Below, in pieces: positions 49,179 through 63,981 of a DNA stretch of 64,000 nucleotides (the first letter of the stretch is position 1; every line of letters begins with the position of its first letter). A program made the translations under genes and the position numbers. Where the stretch lies: the NCBI GenBank assembly GCA_976551045.1, contig CDPCPM010000010.1:1488001-1552000 (forward strand). Direction: 5' to 3'. The notes beneath the pieces are model-generated. The model did no database searches. It saw only the letters and a program-made list of their open reading frames with translations, and had not been told where the DNA came from. This stretch comes from Glaucostegus cemiculus (Eukaryota).

Positions 49179-50699
49179 TTATTCCAACCTTTAATTCCAT
49201 CAAAAATATTATCACAACAAAAAAGCAACATTCATGATTTGTCTCCAGTAGTCACAACAACATACCAGAAAACCCAAGACACATTAAATTGCAGTGTTTT
49301 AAATGGTTTGTCTTTTTAAGTTAGAATTGTGCTTTAAAAAATCACTCCAGCAATACCAAAATATTGATTGGTCACTTCAGATATGTCAGCTTAAGAATGG
49401 AATGTGACACAGAACAGGCCTTTGGTCTACAATGCCTGTGCCAATCACGATACCAAATTAAACCAATCCCAGTTGCCTGTATGTGATCCACATTCCTCCA
49501 TTCCCTGTATGTTCATGTGCTTGTCTAAATGCCTCTTAATGATATAGTTTATTGCCCAATATCTTTGGCTCAGTGCCCAGATGACAAGCGATCAAAGTAG
49601 ACGTTATGCAATACTACTGTTAACAGACGAGGTATAAAATGAATTGCAAGTGAAGGGGTTAAGATACAATGTTTACAAACTCATGAGAATGAAAACAACT
49701 TTGAGTCATCAGTAGTCCCACGCAAGGATAATCAAGTTCATTACCACTTTGCAAATAAAATGTCAAAAATTGTCATGGAACACCTGCTCCATGACACTAG
49801 TTTGTATCAATAACATGGAACCAGCTCAAGGCAATAGATAGATCACATGGCAGTTAACTGATGGCAGAATATGGTTTATACTACTGTTAGATCTTTGAGG
49901 TTTGTTATTCACCACCTTATCAGAAGTTTGTACAATTCAGAACTTCACTACAATAGGCAATGAACTAATAGAGCAAACTGTTTAAAGCTTGAAACCAAAG
50001 AATATTCAGCTAAGATCAAACAATGTTATTATTCACGCTACAGATTTAAGTAAAACTGAGACTATGATTTAATTTCCAAAAAGCTACATTGGTTTGACAA
50101 ACAGCACCACTGTCAGAAGAGTCATCTCAGGCCCAATATCAGACAGGCTACAATAACAGGATGGGGCTAGAGATGATCTTCAAGTAGGATGTTCAATCCC
50201 GTATCAGAAAGGGATTAGCACAAATAGCTGTTGAGTTTTGCTGTGTTTTTAGTAACAGGGTTTTAAAGGTATCAGTAATAGCAAAGAACAATTTTTATTT
50301 TTAAAAATCAGTAAGTTAAATTTATGTTTTAGTCAGTCAAATCTTGTGTAGATAATCATTTATCATGTCATTTCACTCCTGCAAGGCCACATATACTATT
50401 TCTGAAAGAACATCCCCAACTGCTGTAGTTTTTTTTTTAAATGTACAAGAGGGCACACAGTCTACATAGGATGGGCTGCTATTCCTTTTCCAAATTGACA
50501 GCTAGAGTTTTTACAATAATCCATCAGCTTTCAGTCTATGTACTAGGTGCTTGCTGACAAATAGACTGATCAGATTTGAAGGCAATCTCACAACGTACTG
50601 TAGAATTTAAGCGGAACCTTTGGATTGCTTATCTAGCAACTTCATTGGTGAACCACCAAGTAGATTATATTCCTTACACATAAAATATCCATCAATAAA

Positions 50700-52600
50700 A
50701 CAGTACATTATAAGTTGAGACAAATGCAAGGATAAGAACTTAAGATGGAGGTGAATAACTTGAGGTACAGAAGAAAAATATGGAGTAAATCAAATACCCT
50801 GCAATGAATTGCACAATTTTAAAATGGAAGAGAGAAAGAATGAAAGTGTGGTAAGGTTTCAGTTTAGTTTGTGTTGGGTTACCCATTGCAGCAATGGCTC
50901 TGATAGGTATGATAATTGGCAGAACTGCCAAATTAGGTCATAGGTTCAGTTGTTATGTTATTCCAGCTAAACAATCCAAATTCACTCATTTGGACCGGAG
51001 GAGAAACCACCACATATGGGATGTATTCCAGCAGGGTCAACACTTTCAGAAAAGGAAGAGGAGGATACCAGGACCTTTCATGAATTCTGGATATCCCAAA
51101 GATCCCCCCCCCACCAACAGCCAATGAACTTTAAGTACAGTGTGATAATTAAAAGGAAATAATTTGCTTCTGGAATGACTCTCAAACATTAAGACAAAAG
51201 ATCAGAGAAACCACTACTCAATAGTTATGGAATCTTTTAGAACTGTTAACATTTCATATGAAAAATGAACGATTAATGCAAAGTTCATGCAATATTGTAT
51301 TTAATTGTTTACCTCAGAATGCATTCAAGTCTCAAATTTGACCTCTGACTCAAGAGATGAGTGTTCAACTAATGTAGCCAAAGTTAACAGGCATAGGAGA
51401 AAGAATAAATAAGTGCCATGCATTCCAGCCAGAAAGTAATTAGTCACTAGAACCCTGTATTATTATCATTAAAACTTAGGACTAGGACTAATGCATTTTC
51501 TCTCGCACATCACATAATAATCACACCTACATCTGTGCCATATTTTATACTTCACATGAAAAAATACCAAAAAATGAATGATTTAATTTAAATCTAGCAG
51601 TTTGTAAAACAAGAGACCATTCTTTTATAACAGATCAGAGAAATAAGTTGAATGGTATCCCTGGCTTCTTGTGAACCCCAGCACAAGAACAGATTATAGG
51701 TGGCTGGCTGCAACAGCAACACCAGAATCCAAATGAGGGAACAAAATGTTAAGAATTCATTGATGAATCAAGAGGAAGTCTGCCCAGAATCTAGGCCATT
51801 TCCTAAATTACATATCGACTAACAGACTGTTCAACAACAGTGCCTTTCATTTTTGTTTTACAACAGCCACTGTGTGCTTCTTAAATAACCAATTGTTCTT
51901 TCTGCTTTCCCATTTTACCATAAGTTCCCCTGTACAAGTCACACTATTCACCACCCCCCCTCAAAAGTACCTGTTAACATTTTACAGAACAGTACAAAGA
52001 AATAATTGTTTTACATTATTCAGAAGGATATTAAGTAAACTTTGTCTTTTGCAACTTTGCTCATTCTGACCCTAATCCATCCTCGAACATCACAACCAAC
52101 ACAGACGTCAAGCATACGGTAATTTTACTTCAAAAACCAAGAATAACAAGCTGTTTTCTTAAACTTTAAGGAACTCATGCATTTCTTTGTTACAATGGGG
52201 CACATGACCATCTTAATTATTCTCTTTTATCTATTACCTTTATTGTCTTGCATGACCATCCATTGCAGTTCCTCACTTGTACTTTTCATTCCTCCAACTT
52301 TAGCCTATGATGCATACCTCCATAATTGGCAGCTGGCCTTTCAATTGGTATCTTGGTGCTTTGGAGTTTCCTTCCATTATCTCAACATTCCCATTGACTC
52401 TCCCATCTTCCTGACTCCTTTTGACAGTATTTTTGCAGTCTTGGTCAAAATTTTAGTCATTCTAATATCCAACTGATCTGTCAGCTTCTCTGAAGACCTA
52501 AAGTCCTTGAGATTTTTCAGCACTTGTTTTGCCATCTTCTGCCTGGTTCCTTTATGATGCACACACCCATGTCTTTTCACCTACTGATTTTATCATCTTT
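50700..52600 (-). mobile_element. Highly decayed L1-clade LINE 5' region (ORF1 and start of endonuclease)
   Basis: Coiled-coil-like ORF 52377-52580 followed by DNKGNR*KRIIKMV (ENRSRRNNIRI-like); FSWN at 50960-50975 resembles the SWN motif that starts the endonuclease. Confidence 0.35.
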
Positions 52601-53100
52601 CTATCTGATTTTGCTGCTTGCAGAGTGCTATGCAAATTAAATTTGTTAATTATTTTCACTATGACACTTCAGTGTAACTTTTAGTAGAGTTTGAAATGTT
52701 GAGCCACAAACCTATGAAAAGGTATTTTTCTTTTCAAGATAGATGTTGGCTTCTTTGTGCTGGTTAGTAAAAGAATGGCTGAGTACTTAAATATATCAAG
52801 TTCCATTAGGTATCTATTAAGCCAAGGTGTTTCACTAGCAGAGCATCATTCAACAATTAGATATTACTTTTATATTAAATAGCACAGATTATTGTATACA
52901 GATTAAGGACCTCTAGTATTGTGCAATTGAAAGACTGGTATTTGTTGCAGTCATAAAGCAGTGGAAGATACAAGGTGTGGGTAGGGATCAAGTTTTTATT
53001 TGACTGAAACTTGACCTACAGGTCCTGCAATATGCTGATATGCAGAAGTGCCATAACAATTTGGACATGAAGAAATGATATAGCATTGTCATGCAGAATA

Positions 53101-53316
53101 CAAGCTGTACCTGGTTAATGAACGAGTTCCGTTTTTACAAGCGTTCATAAGTCAGAAAATACACAGAAATTTAATATGGGGAGGGGAGGGGGAAGAAGAG
53201 AAGGGAGCTAGTTCTGCTTGTAGGAACAAACCTGTACACATGAAGGATTTGAATTTATTATGCTACCTCGCTTGTGGATATGAGCATGCATAAGTCTAGC
53301 ATTCGTAGGTAGCCTG
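53101..53316. mobile_element. Degenerate TA-flanked MITE (Tigger/pogo-like)
   Basis: TA|CAAGCTGTACC...gaacgagttccg at the left end and attcgtaggtagcctg|TA at the right end. Confidence 0.5.
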
Positions 53317-53619
53317 TACCTCATTAAGTGGCAAGAGAGCTGCCAGTCATGCAAGAAGAATCAGTCAAACACAAAATGTCTGTACAATCACTAATAATGA
53401 ATCCAGATGGCTCTAGACTTATACAGTCTTTGGAGGGAAAGGGAAGTGATTACTGATCTGCTGGAAGGTCTGAAAATGTATTAGATGGGCTGAATTGGCA
53501 AGATTGGTGCTTGGCAGATATGCTGATTGGTTGATCAGCAGGATGATGGGCCAATTGGCACTAATCCAAGAATGAGTCAAGCCTAGAAAAAAAGGACATT
53601 AGAATAAAAAGGCATAATT

Positions 53620-53960
53620 GTAACTCACTATAGTAAACAGAAGGCCATTCGACTCTGGCACCTGTTCCACCATTCATGGATGATCCTTTTACCTCTGCCA
53701 CTTTCCTGCACTATCCCTGTATATCTGAAATTCCTAAATATCCAAAAATAAAGCACTGTCTTGAATATGTTCTGCAACTGAGCCTCAATGGCCCAATTGT
53801 ATAAGGATTCACTGAGTGAAGAAATTTCTCATTTCAGTCCTGATCAGTCAACTTAATTTGAGACAGTTTCTAGATACCTGTCAGGGGAAACATTATAAAA
53901 CAAAGAAAACACAATGGCCCATTTATTCCCATTTTCTGCCCATTAACCAATTCTCTATCC
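53620..53960 (-). mobile_element. Old CR1 3' fragment
   Basis: ggccattcgactc, ctgagtgaagaaatttctc, caggggaaacat. Confidence 0.6.
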
Positions 53961-53984
53961 ATACCAATACACTACCACCTCACC

Positions 53985-54347
53985 AGCCATAACCACACCG
54001 CTCCCCCCGTACCCCCCCAAATCCTGTCCATCGGACTGCAGGGCTGGAGGTGGTCATCGGACTGCAGCCCACCGGGTGCAGGACTGAGGCGCCAGGCCAC
54101 GCTGGCTGAGGGGATGCGGCGAGGTGGTGGCGAGGCCGGAGGTGGGGGGAGATGTACTGTTGAGATTCTGGGAGACGTGTTGTACCAGCAGACTGAATTC
54201 CATGCGGTTCCAATGTTTTGATGTTTTTGTCTTGTTGTCTTTTATTGTCTTTAATGTCTTTGCACATTGGCCTGTGGAGTACGATATCTCGCCTTCATGT
54301 ATGCTGTGTGTGTGTATACATGAAAGTGACAATAAACTGATTCTGAT
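53985..54347 (+). mobile_element. 3'UTR fragment of a Rex1-like LINE or derived short element
   Basis: GC-rich insert ending gtgacaataaactgattctga, similar to the tail at 38245-38266. Confidence 0.6.
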
Positions 54348-54419
54348 ATCCCTTGTTTCAATCTTGTAATGCCTTCTGAGAGTGCAAATACACCAAATCC
54401 ACTGGTCTCTTACATCTAC

Positions 54420-54475
54420 TCAGAATCAGAATCAGTTTTATTGTCACAACCATATACATACATAGTATGCATATG
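54420..54475 (-). mobile_element. Extremely 5'-truncated Rex1 tail
   Basis: tcagaatcagaatcagttttattgtcacaaccatatacatacatagtatgcata is identical to 58105-58158. Confidence 0.9.
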
Positions 54476-54692
54476 CTCTGCTGCTTATAATTTCAAGAAA
54501 TTCCATTTGACAAAAATTATTAAATCCATATTAACTCCACCAATCCTAATATAATCAGAGTACCCTAATATACCACTTCCTTAAGAGGTACCAGCATTTT
54601 CCCTTCTGTTGATGTCAGGCTAACTTGTGGTTTCCTATTTTCACTCCCCACTCTTTTCCTAAGAAGTGGTAGTACAATTGTACTTTACCAAT

Positions 54693-54939
54693 GGGGCGGC
54701 TCGATAGTGTAGCGGTTAGCGCGACACTGTTACAGCGCCAGCGATCGGGGTTCAATTCCCGTCGCTGACTGTAAGGAGTTTGTACGTTCTCCCATGTCTG
54801 CGTGGGTTTCCTCCGGGTGCTCCGGTTTCCTCCCACATTCTAAAAGACATACGGGTAGGTTAATTTGGGTTTTTAAAATGGGCGGTGCGGACTCGTTGGG
54901 CCGAAAGGGCCTGCTACCACGCTGTGAATAAAAAAACAT
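54693..54939 (+). mobile_element. V-SINE, tail type B, with CAATGGG flanking duplication
   Basis: Full head GGGGCGGC, A/B boxes and V-core; caatggg at 54689-95 and 54940-46. Confidence 0.92.
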
Positions 54940-56289
54940 CAATGGGAACTACTGTAGAACATACAGAATTTTTGGAAGATGACAACTAGTGCATCCACTG
55001 TCACCGTAGCCATACTTTTCAAACCTTGAAATGCAAGTCATCAGGTTCTGGGGAATTATTAGAATTCAGTCCCATTAATTTCTCCAATACCATTTTTCAT
55101 ACAGAAACTAACTTCTTTGATATCCTCACTTGTTCTCTACCATTTCCAGGAGCATTTGTTTCCTTCCTCTAATTTCTAAAATTACTGTTTAATTTTTCTA
55201 CCATTTCCTTATTCTCCAACAGTTTCTCCTTCCTCAAATTTGTTGGGACTTGAATTAATTTTTGCTATTTTTAAAATTAAACAATTACTGGTCTGGGATA
55301 GAAATTGTTGGGGACAAAGTTTGCTTGCCAATTAGAAATTCACAAGTGCAAACAAATGAAAGGTGCTGATTGATCATGGGGAGAGATAACTAAAAGGTAG
55401 CTGGGAGAGCAAGGCTGTGTGGAAAAATCCCAGATGCAATAAAAATGATAAGCTTAGATATAGAGCAGCAGCCAAAACACACTTGTATAACCTGGTTTCC
55501 CACTCTGCAAAGCTGAGATTGAGAGAAATGTCCTTGCAATAAACAGAACAAGGTGATGATGAGTGTTCTTCTGTACTACATTACTAGAAGAAATCTTGGT
55601 TTGCAGCCAATTCAGCCAGACCTTCAACCCAGATAAAACTAGTCTGATCTCAAGGTAGCTGGCTTCCTTGTTGAAAGTAGCTTATGTTTTACTGAGATCA
55701 AGACTCCAACATAGATCAGTTATTAACATTTGCTTGAATGTAATTAAAGGAAAACTTATTATCCTTTCAAATTAGTACCTTGATTAGCTCCACTTCATGA
55801 ATGGCTGCTATCCCAACCCAGGTGGCAATGGCTTCACACAACTGAAACTGATTGATTCTACATTATACCAACAAACACAGCAGAATTGCCAGGATTTTCA
55901 TTACTGTGTGTATACAATGGTACTTAACGTATAAATAACACTTATTCATTACACTCTTGAATTTCTAAATTGATCTAGTGCACTTTTGTGGTTAAATTTG
56001 ATTAGTGGGTCTACATTCCGAAGCTATAAACAACAGTATTTGGCAAGTTTACAAGTCAACCTTTACCCACTACGTCACAACCTGAACTCCTATTAAAACT
56101 TAAATGGTCAATAGTTCTGGCTAAGGAACTCTGACAGTGCAGCAAGAATCTCAAAGCCATTTATGCTGAAGTTAAACAAGGATATTCTAGTAAAGATATT
56201 ATATGGTTTAAAAATGTAGATTTCACAATAAATTGAAGTACATTTCTAGTCTGAACATGTCAAGCACTGTTGCAGTTTCCATCAAATTT

Positions 56290-57300
56290 GACAAAAATAG
56301 GAAATTCTGGAAATGAGGTCAGCAGCTTCTGTGGAAAAACAGAAAATTAATGTTTCAGAGTGAAGATCCAGCATCAGAATTGGGAACGCAAGAAAACTAG
56401 TTGGAGGGATGGATATAATGAAGGGAATAACTCTGATGGGCAAACTTGGACTTGCTCAAATATTTATGGAGGTATCTAGTTAATAGAATAATGATAAAAG
56501 TTAGAGAGAAATCAAACTGATATTAAATCTGTGAAATAAAAGTCAGAACTGTTGCTGAAATATGAAAACAAACTAGAAATTCTGAGCAGATCAAGTAGTG
56601 TCAGAAGGGAAAGAAAAACTGAGTTACTATTACAATGATGTTACAGAATAACTAGTCAGTTCAACAAAAGAAAAGTTGTTTGAAATTGTTGAATTTGCCG
56701 TCATGTCGCAAAGGCTAAAACACAGCTAGACAGAAGATGAAGCACTGTTCCAGTTTACACTGGGTTTTGTTAGACCAGAGTAGGAGGCCACAGGTTCAAG
56801 TGGAAATGGAGAATTAACATGGCAACTGGAAACTCAGTCACCCCTGCAGAATGAAGAGGTATTCTGCAAAGTAGTCTCCCAATCTGCATAGAGTTTCTCC
56901 AATGCAGAGGAAACCACACTGAGTAGCACATGCATTATACCAGGTTGGAATTAAATTGTTGCTTGACTATTTGAGACACTAGAAAGTAAGAAGGGATAAA
57001 TGTAAAAGAGCAGATGGTTCATCCCACTCCAGTTGTTATGTGAAAGGATCATGAGAATGGGAATGATTGGTAGAGATGGAAGAGCAGTCTGGGAAATTAA
57101 GGCGAACAAATGCCTTCACAATGTTGAATGGGGGGGGGGGGGGGGACGACGACAATGTGCCTGGTGGTGGAAATTGCAAAGGATTCCCTATTGAATATGG
57201 AGCCGAGGGGCTGGAAGGCAAAAACCCAAGAACTACGTCCTTGGAAACAGACAAGATGTCTATTAGGCACCTAACATTTCCTCATGCAGGCAAAAAAAAT
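56290..57300 (-). mobile_element. Penelope-like element relic (GIY-YIG endonuclease)
   Basis: Reverse translation of 56862-56950 gives SNLV*C..TQCGFLCIGETLCRLGDYFAE (YIGET...RF.EH motif, decayed); terminal repeat at 56295-56380. Confidence 0.75.
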
Positions 57301-58105
57301 CTAGAAAGGGAAGAATCACAGATGGACATGTGAAAGTGAAAGGAGGATGGAAACTGGCAAAAGTGATGACATTCAAGTACCATAAGAGTTTTGGTTTGGA
57401 AATTTTTTCTGATGTTCACACCAACAGTTTAAGAGCCTGAGTTTATTTTAGTCATCTTGTAAATAATTGAATAATAATACAAAAACCCAAACAGAAAGTG
57501 AAAGGGGACCAAAAAAAAAGAAACTAACTCTAGATATCTCAATCAAGGAATTCCTGAAATTTAATTCTAAAAAGCAGAGAACACCTAAACAAATATTTCC
57601 AGTTTCCGAAAGGCACTGCCATTTAGGCTGCAGTTTTGAACTCTTGGAAGTTTTGTATGATCTGGGGAATGCAAATGCATATGACATTACACCTTAAAAA
57701 TTAATCTGCTCATTTTACTAATAACAAACTGAACAGCATATATTAACCAAGTTTAAAAAAATAAATTAAGCCAAAGGGTTGATCCTAGCAGACGTTTAGA
57801 GGAATGTGACTTGGATATGATCATGAATTGAACTAGAATCTTTTGTGCACAGTGGAAAATGACTTTAAATTCAAATGACTTACACTTTCTGCAGTCAAAA
57901 CTTCTGGACAAAAATCAGGTCCAGGTTGCAATCGCTGCCAAAGCATCAGGGAGGCTATGCTAAATCCATCCATTCCGTTTACCCTACTTAAGAGTTATAT
58001 AGAAAAAAAAATCTCATCCAGAGCTAGAATATGGCTAACCAGTGTGGTACACAATGCACACACCAATCCTGATACAAACGAGTAAACTGCCAGCACAACC
58101 TATCT

Positions 58106-59729
58106 CAGAATCAGAATCAGTTTTATTGTCACAACCATATACATACATAGTATGCATAGGAGCGAGATACCGTCCTCCTCAGGTGCTCGTCCCATTAAAT
58201 AACAACCAGAGACACACTTAACAGAATAAACATTAAAAAAACATTAAACATTAAAAACTACGGAAGTTTAAATTAATACGCAGATTAAATTAAAAATGGC
58301 CGGTAAATAAATAAATAGTTATTAAAGTGAACGGGCTGGTGTCGGGCATTTAAAGTGCTGGTGCATTTCTGTGCACCTAGCATCTCTTAGTGTTAACAAG
58401 GAAGATGGAGGGATGAGTGAGTTCGCAGTTCTGATGGCTTGCGGAAAGGAGCTATTGTTCAGCCTGGTCATTCTTGCCCTGATACATTTAAGCCTCCTCC
58501 CTGATGGCAAAATTGTGAAGAGGTGATGGGAGGGGTGAGAAGGGTTGGCCATTATGCTTTTGGTCTTCCTCACACAACGGTCTTTGTATATGTCTGCGAG
58601 GGATGGAAGCGAGACACCTATGATCCACTCCGCAGCCCTAACTATCCTCTGGAGGGACTACCGCCCAGCAGCTGAGCAGCTTCCAAACCAAACAGTGATG
58701 CATTGGGTTAGGATGCTCTCAATGGTCCCTCTATAGAAGGTTTTCATGACGGAGGGATGGGAGTTCACTTTCCTCAGTCTCTGCAGGAAGTAGAGGCGTT
58801 TCTGAGCTTTCTTTGTAATGTTAGTGGACCAGGTCAGGTCGTCGGTGATGTGCACCCCCAGGAACTTGGTGCTGTGTACTTGTTCCACAGCAGACCCGTT
58901 GATGGTCAGCGGAGCGTGCACACGGTGACCCCTCCTAAAATCCATTATCATCTCCTTGGCTTTATCCACATTCAAGGAGAGGTTGTTGTCATAGCACCAC
59001 ACGGCTAGTTGTTTCACCTCCCCTCTGTAGTCCGACTCATCGTCATTCGTGACAAGACCCACCACTGTCGTGTCATCGGCAAATTTGACAATGCGGATGG
59101 AGCTGGATCTGGCCTCACAGTCGTGAGTCAACAAGGTGAACAGGAGCGGACTGAGCACACAACCCTGTGGGGAGCCAGTGCTCAGTGTGATGGTGCTTGA
59201 GGTGTTTTCACCAATTGACTGACTGACTGTGGCCTGCAAGTGAGAAAATCCAGTATTCAGTTGCAGAGAGGAGTGTTAATGCCCAGAGCGCTCAACTTCC
59301 TGATTAGCTGTTGCGGGATGATGGTATTGAAAGCGGAGCTGAAGTCGATGAATAGCAGTCGGCAGTATGAATCCTTCTTCTCTAAGTGATATAGTGCAGA
59401 GTGCATGGCAGAGGAGACTGCATCATCGGTGGACCTGTTTGCCCGATAAGCATACTGATGAGGATCCAAGGATGGGGGGAGGGAGGCTCTAATGTGCTTC
59501 ATAACTAGCCTCTCAAAGCATTTCATGACAATCAGTGTTAGAGCTATGGGACGGTAGTCATTCAGACACATTGGAGGTGACTTCTTAGGAACAGGTATGA
59601 TGGTGGCAGATTTTAGGCACTTAGGAACAACAGCCTGCTGTAGGGAGATGTTGAAGATGTCAGCCAGTACATCTTTAAGCTGGTCCGCACAGTCTCTGAG
59701 TATCCGCCCCGGTATGTTATCCGGTCTGT
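58106..59729 (-). mobile_element. Rex1/Babar-type LINE, 5'-truncated RT, same family as 37736-38266
   Basis: ORFs with [42 protein letters not shown]; (ctgatt)n tail; frameshifts. Confidence 0.94.
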
Positions 59730-59896
59730 TATCTGTACTTCCATCAACTCCTACATCAACATTAAGGCTTTGTGGCATTAATGATTAAAAAACATACTGT
59801 ACCCTTTCACCTTTTGCTTCAACTTAGCTGCAAACTATCATAACTTTGTCAAGATTTGCAAGATAACAATTTTTTCCCTGTATCCGGCTGCTATCT

Positions 59897-60100
59897 TAAG
59901 GAGTTAGTACGTTCTCCCCATGTCTGTGTGGGTTTCCTCCGGGTGCTCCAGTTTCCTCCCACATTCTAAAGACATACAGGTTAGGAAGTTGTGGGCATGC
60001 TACGTTGGCGACACCTGTGGGCTGCCCCCAGAACACCCTATGCAAAAGATGCATTTCACTGTGCTTCGATGTACATATGACAAATAAAGATACCTTACAT
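59897..60100 (+). mobile_element. 5'-truncated V-SINE, tail type A
   Basis: V-core and a tail matching 8280-8498; atcttaa on both flanks. Confidence 0.88.
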
Positions 60101-61779
60101 CTTAACATCAGCTTCTAAAGATACTGTCAAAACCAAGATCAGAGCTAAAATAATAACTGTCTGCAGATGCTGCCCGACCTGGGTACTACCAAATTATGTT
60201 TTTGTGTTCCAACATTCACAGTACAGGTAGCTCCCACATTACAGCCAGTTTACAGAAATCTGTCCTAATGGAATTCACAAATCACTACCCAAAAACTCCA
60301 AAATACAGAATAAAATTTGCTCTTACAGAATTTATATCGTGAAAGAAAATTAAAAACAAACTTGAAGAAACAAACTATCAATTTTTATTAACTCATTTCC
60401 TGACAGATGCACAGATAACATGGCTCTTATTTTCACATGGTAGATTCATCTTGTCATCTAGCAGTTTTGTTTTTAAGTCTTTTCTATATCATTTAAACTC
60501 AAGATGTCTAAAAACAGGGTCAGCAATGTGTAAGCTCTAAATCTATACAACCATGTTAAGGAAGTTCACTGGATGCAAAACTTGATATTTTATAAAGATT
60601 TGATGCTAAAGGAAGACTGTGCAATAGCTAAAACCGTAGGGCATGGCACAGCATCTGCAGTTGCTCATCTCTCCAAGTACAGCTGTTGGCCACTTGAGGT
60701 TTGCCTTGTCAGTTTCCAAAGCAAACCTCTAGTGGACCCTGCCCTGAACCAGCAGCTACTTTAGGTATTATCATTACTGTTCAGAGAGAAAAAAAACACC
60801 GTCAGAATACATCTCCATTTAGAAGCTTTATGGGAGTGCAACACCTCTAAGGTGGGGATCAACTGTATTTCGCTTCTAGGATCTTATTGCCTCAAAAAAA
60901 TTTTTGCTTTAGGACAAGAAACAACAGCATATAAAGATGCTAAATCAATTGACTGGATTTTAAAGATAGAATCTTTTGTTAATTAAACACCATGTTAAAT
61001 TAAAGGTAGCTTATCCTTCATTTCCACAAGTGCTTCAAATGTGTGACTTTGGGATCCAGTCACTTAGCTATAAGCCATTAAAATAGTTATTCTGTTTTGA
61101 AGAAAGCCACACACTTATTTACCACTGCTTTGATGAACACTGCATCAATCCAGGAATGATTTTTTAAGACTAACCCAGAATTTTATGATCTGGATTTTCT
61201 TTAAATATGCATACTTATGTTTTAATCTTGTAACTTGGGTTACTCAAATACTTCCTTCCCAAATGAGATCTTTTTAGTAAAAAGTGGATCACAATCAAAT
61301 TTGGGGTGAAAAAACCTCAACTTCAGTTATTGCACACTCCTCTCCCCCCAAAAAAGTTAACCAAATGGGAACAAGAAATTGAAATAAAAAAATACTAATT
61401 ATTTGGTGCAAATTCACCAAGCCCCATCTCATCACACACCTTTCCACTCCCTTTAACAATTATTAACTTTGACAACAAAAGTGCCTTGACAATGATATTG
61501 GTTTAGGGAATGAAGGGATTTCAGTTGGAGAATGTAATATTCATAATGAAGTGCTCTATTTAAAATATTAGAATCAGAATGCCTTAATTGCAAAATAGCA
61601 GTATTTAAAAATGTTCAAAACTGCAGCAACACAACAAAGCTACAAATGGAGAGCACAATAGAACAAGCTGAGGTCAACAAGCAATTACATGAAAAAGTGT
61701 GACCCTGTTAATCAATGCTCAACTCCAAGTAGTCTGTACTAACTTAGATAATTCTTGTTACTGTTATTTGTTTAGTTAC

Positions 61780-62110
61780 GATTCTAAGAATACCAAACAG
61801 CCCCACGTACCTTCTCTGCCATTCAATAAAATCATGGCTCTGTACCACTTTCCTGCACCAACTCTATGCTCCAATTTGTCTCATAGTCAAAAGAATTATT
61901 GATCCATCTTAAATAGATTTAGCAACTGAGCCTTGGGGAGAGTTCAAGATTCATTATTCTTTAAGTGATAAAATTTCTTCTCATCTCAGCCAACCCTTTC
62001 TTTCTGAGACTGAGCCCTGGCTCTAGACATCCATTCCAAGGGAAACATCACTCCTACATCTACATCATCAAGTTTTCCAAGAATTTGCTATGGTTCAGTA
62101 TTCTTCTAAT
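61780..62110 (-). mobile_element. Old CR1 3' fragment
   Basis: gccattcaataaaatcatggct, aaatttcttctcatctcag, agggaaacatc. Confidence 0.6.
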
Positions 62111-63080
62111 TTCCACTGCCAAAGTACCTCTCCTACTGGCACTGTACACTCAGATAATCTGCACGTAGACTCAGGGATGCTCACACAGATGTTGCTGATC
62201 CACCACTGAAAAGTATTCATTAACCAAAGCAAACTAGACAAAGTCAGATTGAACAATAAAAACTTAAAATCTTTTTGCATTGTTAGAGAAACCCAAATGT
62301 TTTATTATCACTAACTTTTTATCCACAGTCCTACTGAAATATCCTGGTCCAAAATCTCACCATCAGATTGTATCAATTATTTTATCCTGCTTAGTACAAC
62401 TAATAGAACTTGATCTACAAAATGGAAGTCTACCAGTTTCTACAAGAAATTCATGCAACAAAATTATTTTCACGTTCATAGAAGTCTTCTATGGTATTCA
62501 ATTTTTTTTTGCCTCAAGGACCTAAAGCAAAGTTGCAAGAAACCTCAGGTTCATACAATAAATGTTACCCATTAAAACAGAACACAAAAATGTGCTGAAA
62601 AGTGGGCAGAAGCTGCATTTTGAGAGTTATCTATACCTTTGGTGTTATATAATCAGCTGCTAAAGATCTGGGCTAAAGTTAGATGTTCAGATTCTGTGCA
62701 GAATCAGGTGAAGATATGATTGCTCTATTGGTATAAAAATTAAAGTATTTCTCAATTTAAAAAAGACCAAATATTCTTTCGTTTTTTTTGATGGCCCACT
62801 TCAATTTGCATTGATTATAATCAGTAAAGCTCCAGCTGAGGAAATCATACAGTTTCTAACAACTTAGCCAACTTATCAATGGGACTTTTTTGTACTTCTC
62901 CCCACGCCCACCAAATTTCCAGGTAGGAGAACAGTTCTTTGCCGATGAGTTCCCCTGTTGAGGTGGATTTCAATGGACACAATATGGAATGAAAGGCAAC
63001 TTGGTGATCTGATATTTGGAATATTATCCAATAAATCCAACATCAGCATCCACAGGCAGTCTCCACACACTGAACCACTG

Positions 63081-63981
63081 TTGTGGGCCACATCTCCAAC
63101 AGCGACGAGTCAGAGTACAGGAAGGAGATAGAGAGCTTAGTGGAATGGTGTCATGACAACAACCTTTCCCTCAATGTCAACAGAATGAAAGAGTTGGTCA
63201 TTGACTTCAGGAAAGGGGGCGGTGTACACGCAGCTGTCTACATCAATGGTGCTGAGGGCGAGAGGGTGGACAGCTTCAAGTTCCTGGGTGTGAACATCAC
63301 CAACAGCCTGTCCTGGTCTAACCACGTAGATGCCACAGCCAAGAAAACTCACCAGCGTCTCTACTTCCTCAGGAGGCTGAAGAAATTTGGTATGTCCCCT
63401 TCGACTCTCACCAGCTTTTACCGATGCACCATAGAAAGCATCCTATCTGGTTGTATCACGGCTTGGTATGGCACCCGCTCTGTCCAGGACCGTAAGAAGC
63501 TGCAGAGAGTTGTGGACACAGCCCAGCGCATCACGGATACCAGCCTCCCCTCCTTGGTCTCTGTCTTTACCTCTTGTTGTCTTGGTGTAGTAGCCAGCAT
63601 AATCAAAGTCCCCACTCATCCGGGACATTCTCTCTTCTCTCCTCTTCTACTGGGTAGAAGATACAGATGCCTGAAGGCACGTACCACCAGCCTTAAAGAC
63701 AGCTTCTTCCCCACTATGATAAGACTATTGAACAGTTCCCTTACACAATGAGATGGTCTGTGACCTCACATTCTACCTTGTGTGACCTTGCACCTTATTG
63801 CACTGCACTTTCTCTGTAGCTGTGACACCTTATTCTGTACTGTTACTGTTTTTTACTGTACTACTTCAATGCACTTTGTTCTATGTAACTGCACCGTGTA
63901 ATGAAATTGACCTGTACGATCGGTTTGTAAGACAAGCTTTTCACTGTGCCTCCGTACAAGTGACAATAATAAACCAATACC
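63081..63981 (+). mobile_element. Rex1/Babar-type LINE 3' part (different subfamily)
   Basis: 222-aa ORF with DESEYR...WCHDNNLSLNV...FKFLGV...QRLYFLRRL; tail gtgacaataataaaccaatacc. Confidence 0.93.

Noticed and set aside
57067-57333. ORF with poly-Gly/Asp (NGGGGGDDD)
   Set aside because: Produced by a G homopolymer inside the Penelope relic; no splice or homology support.
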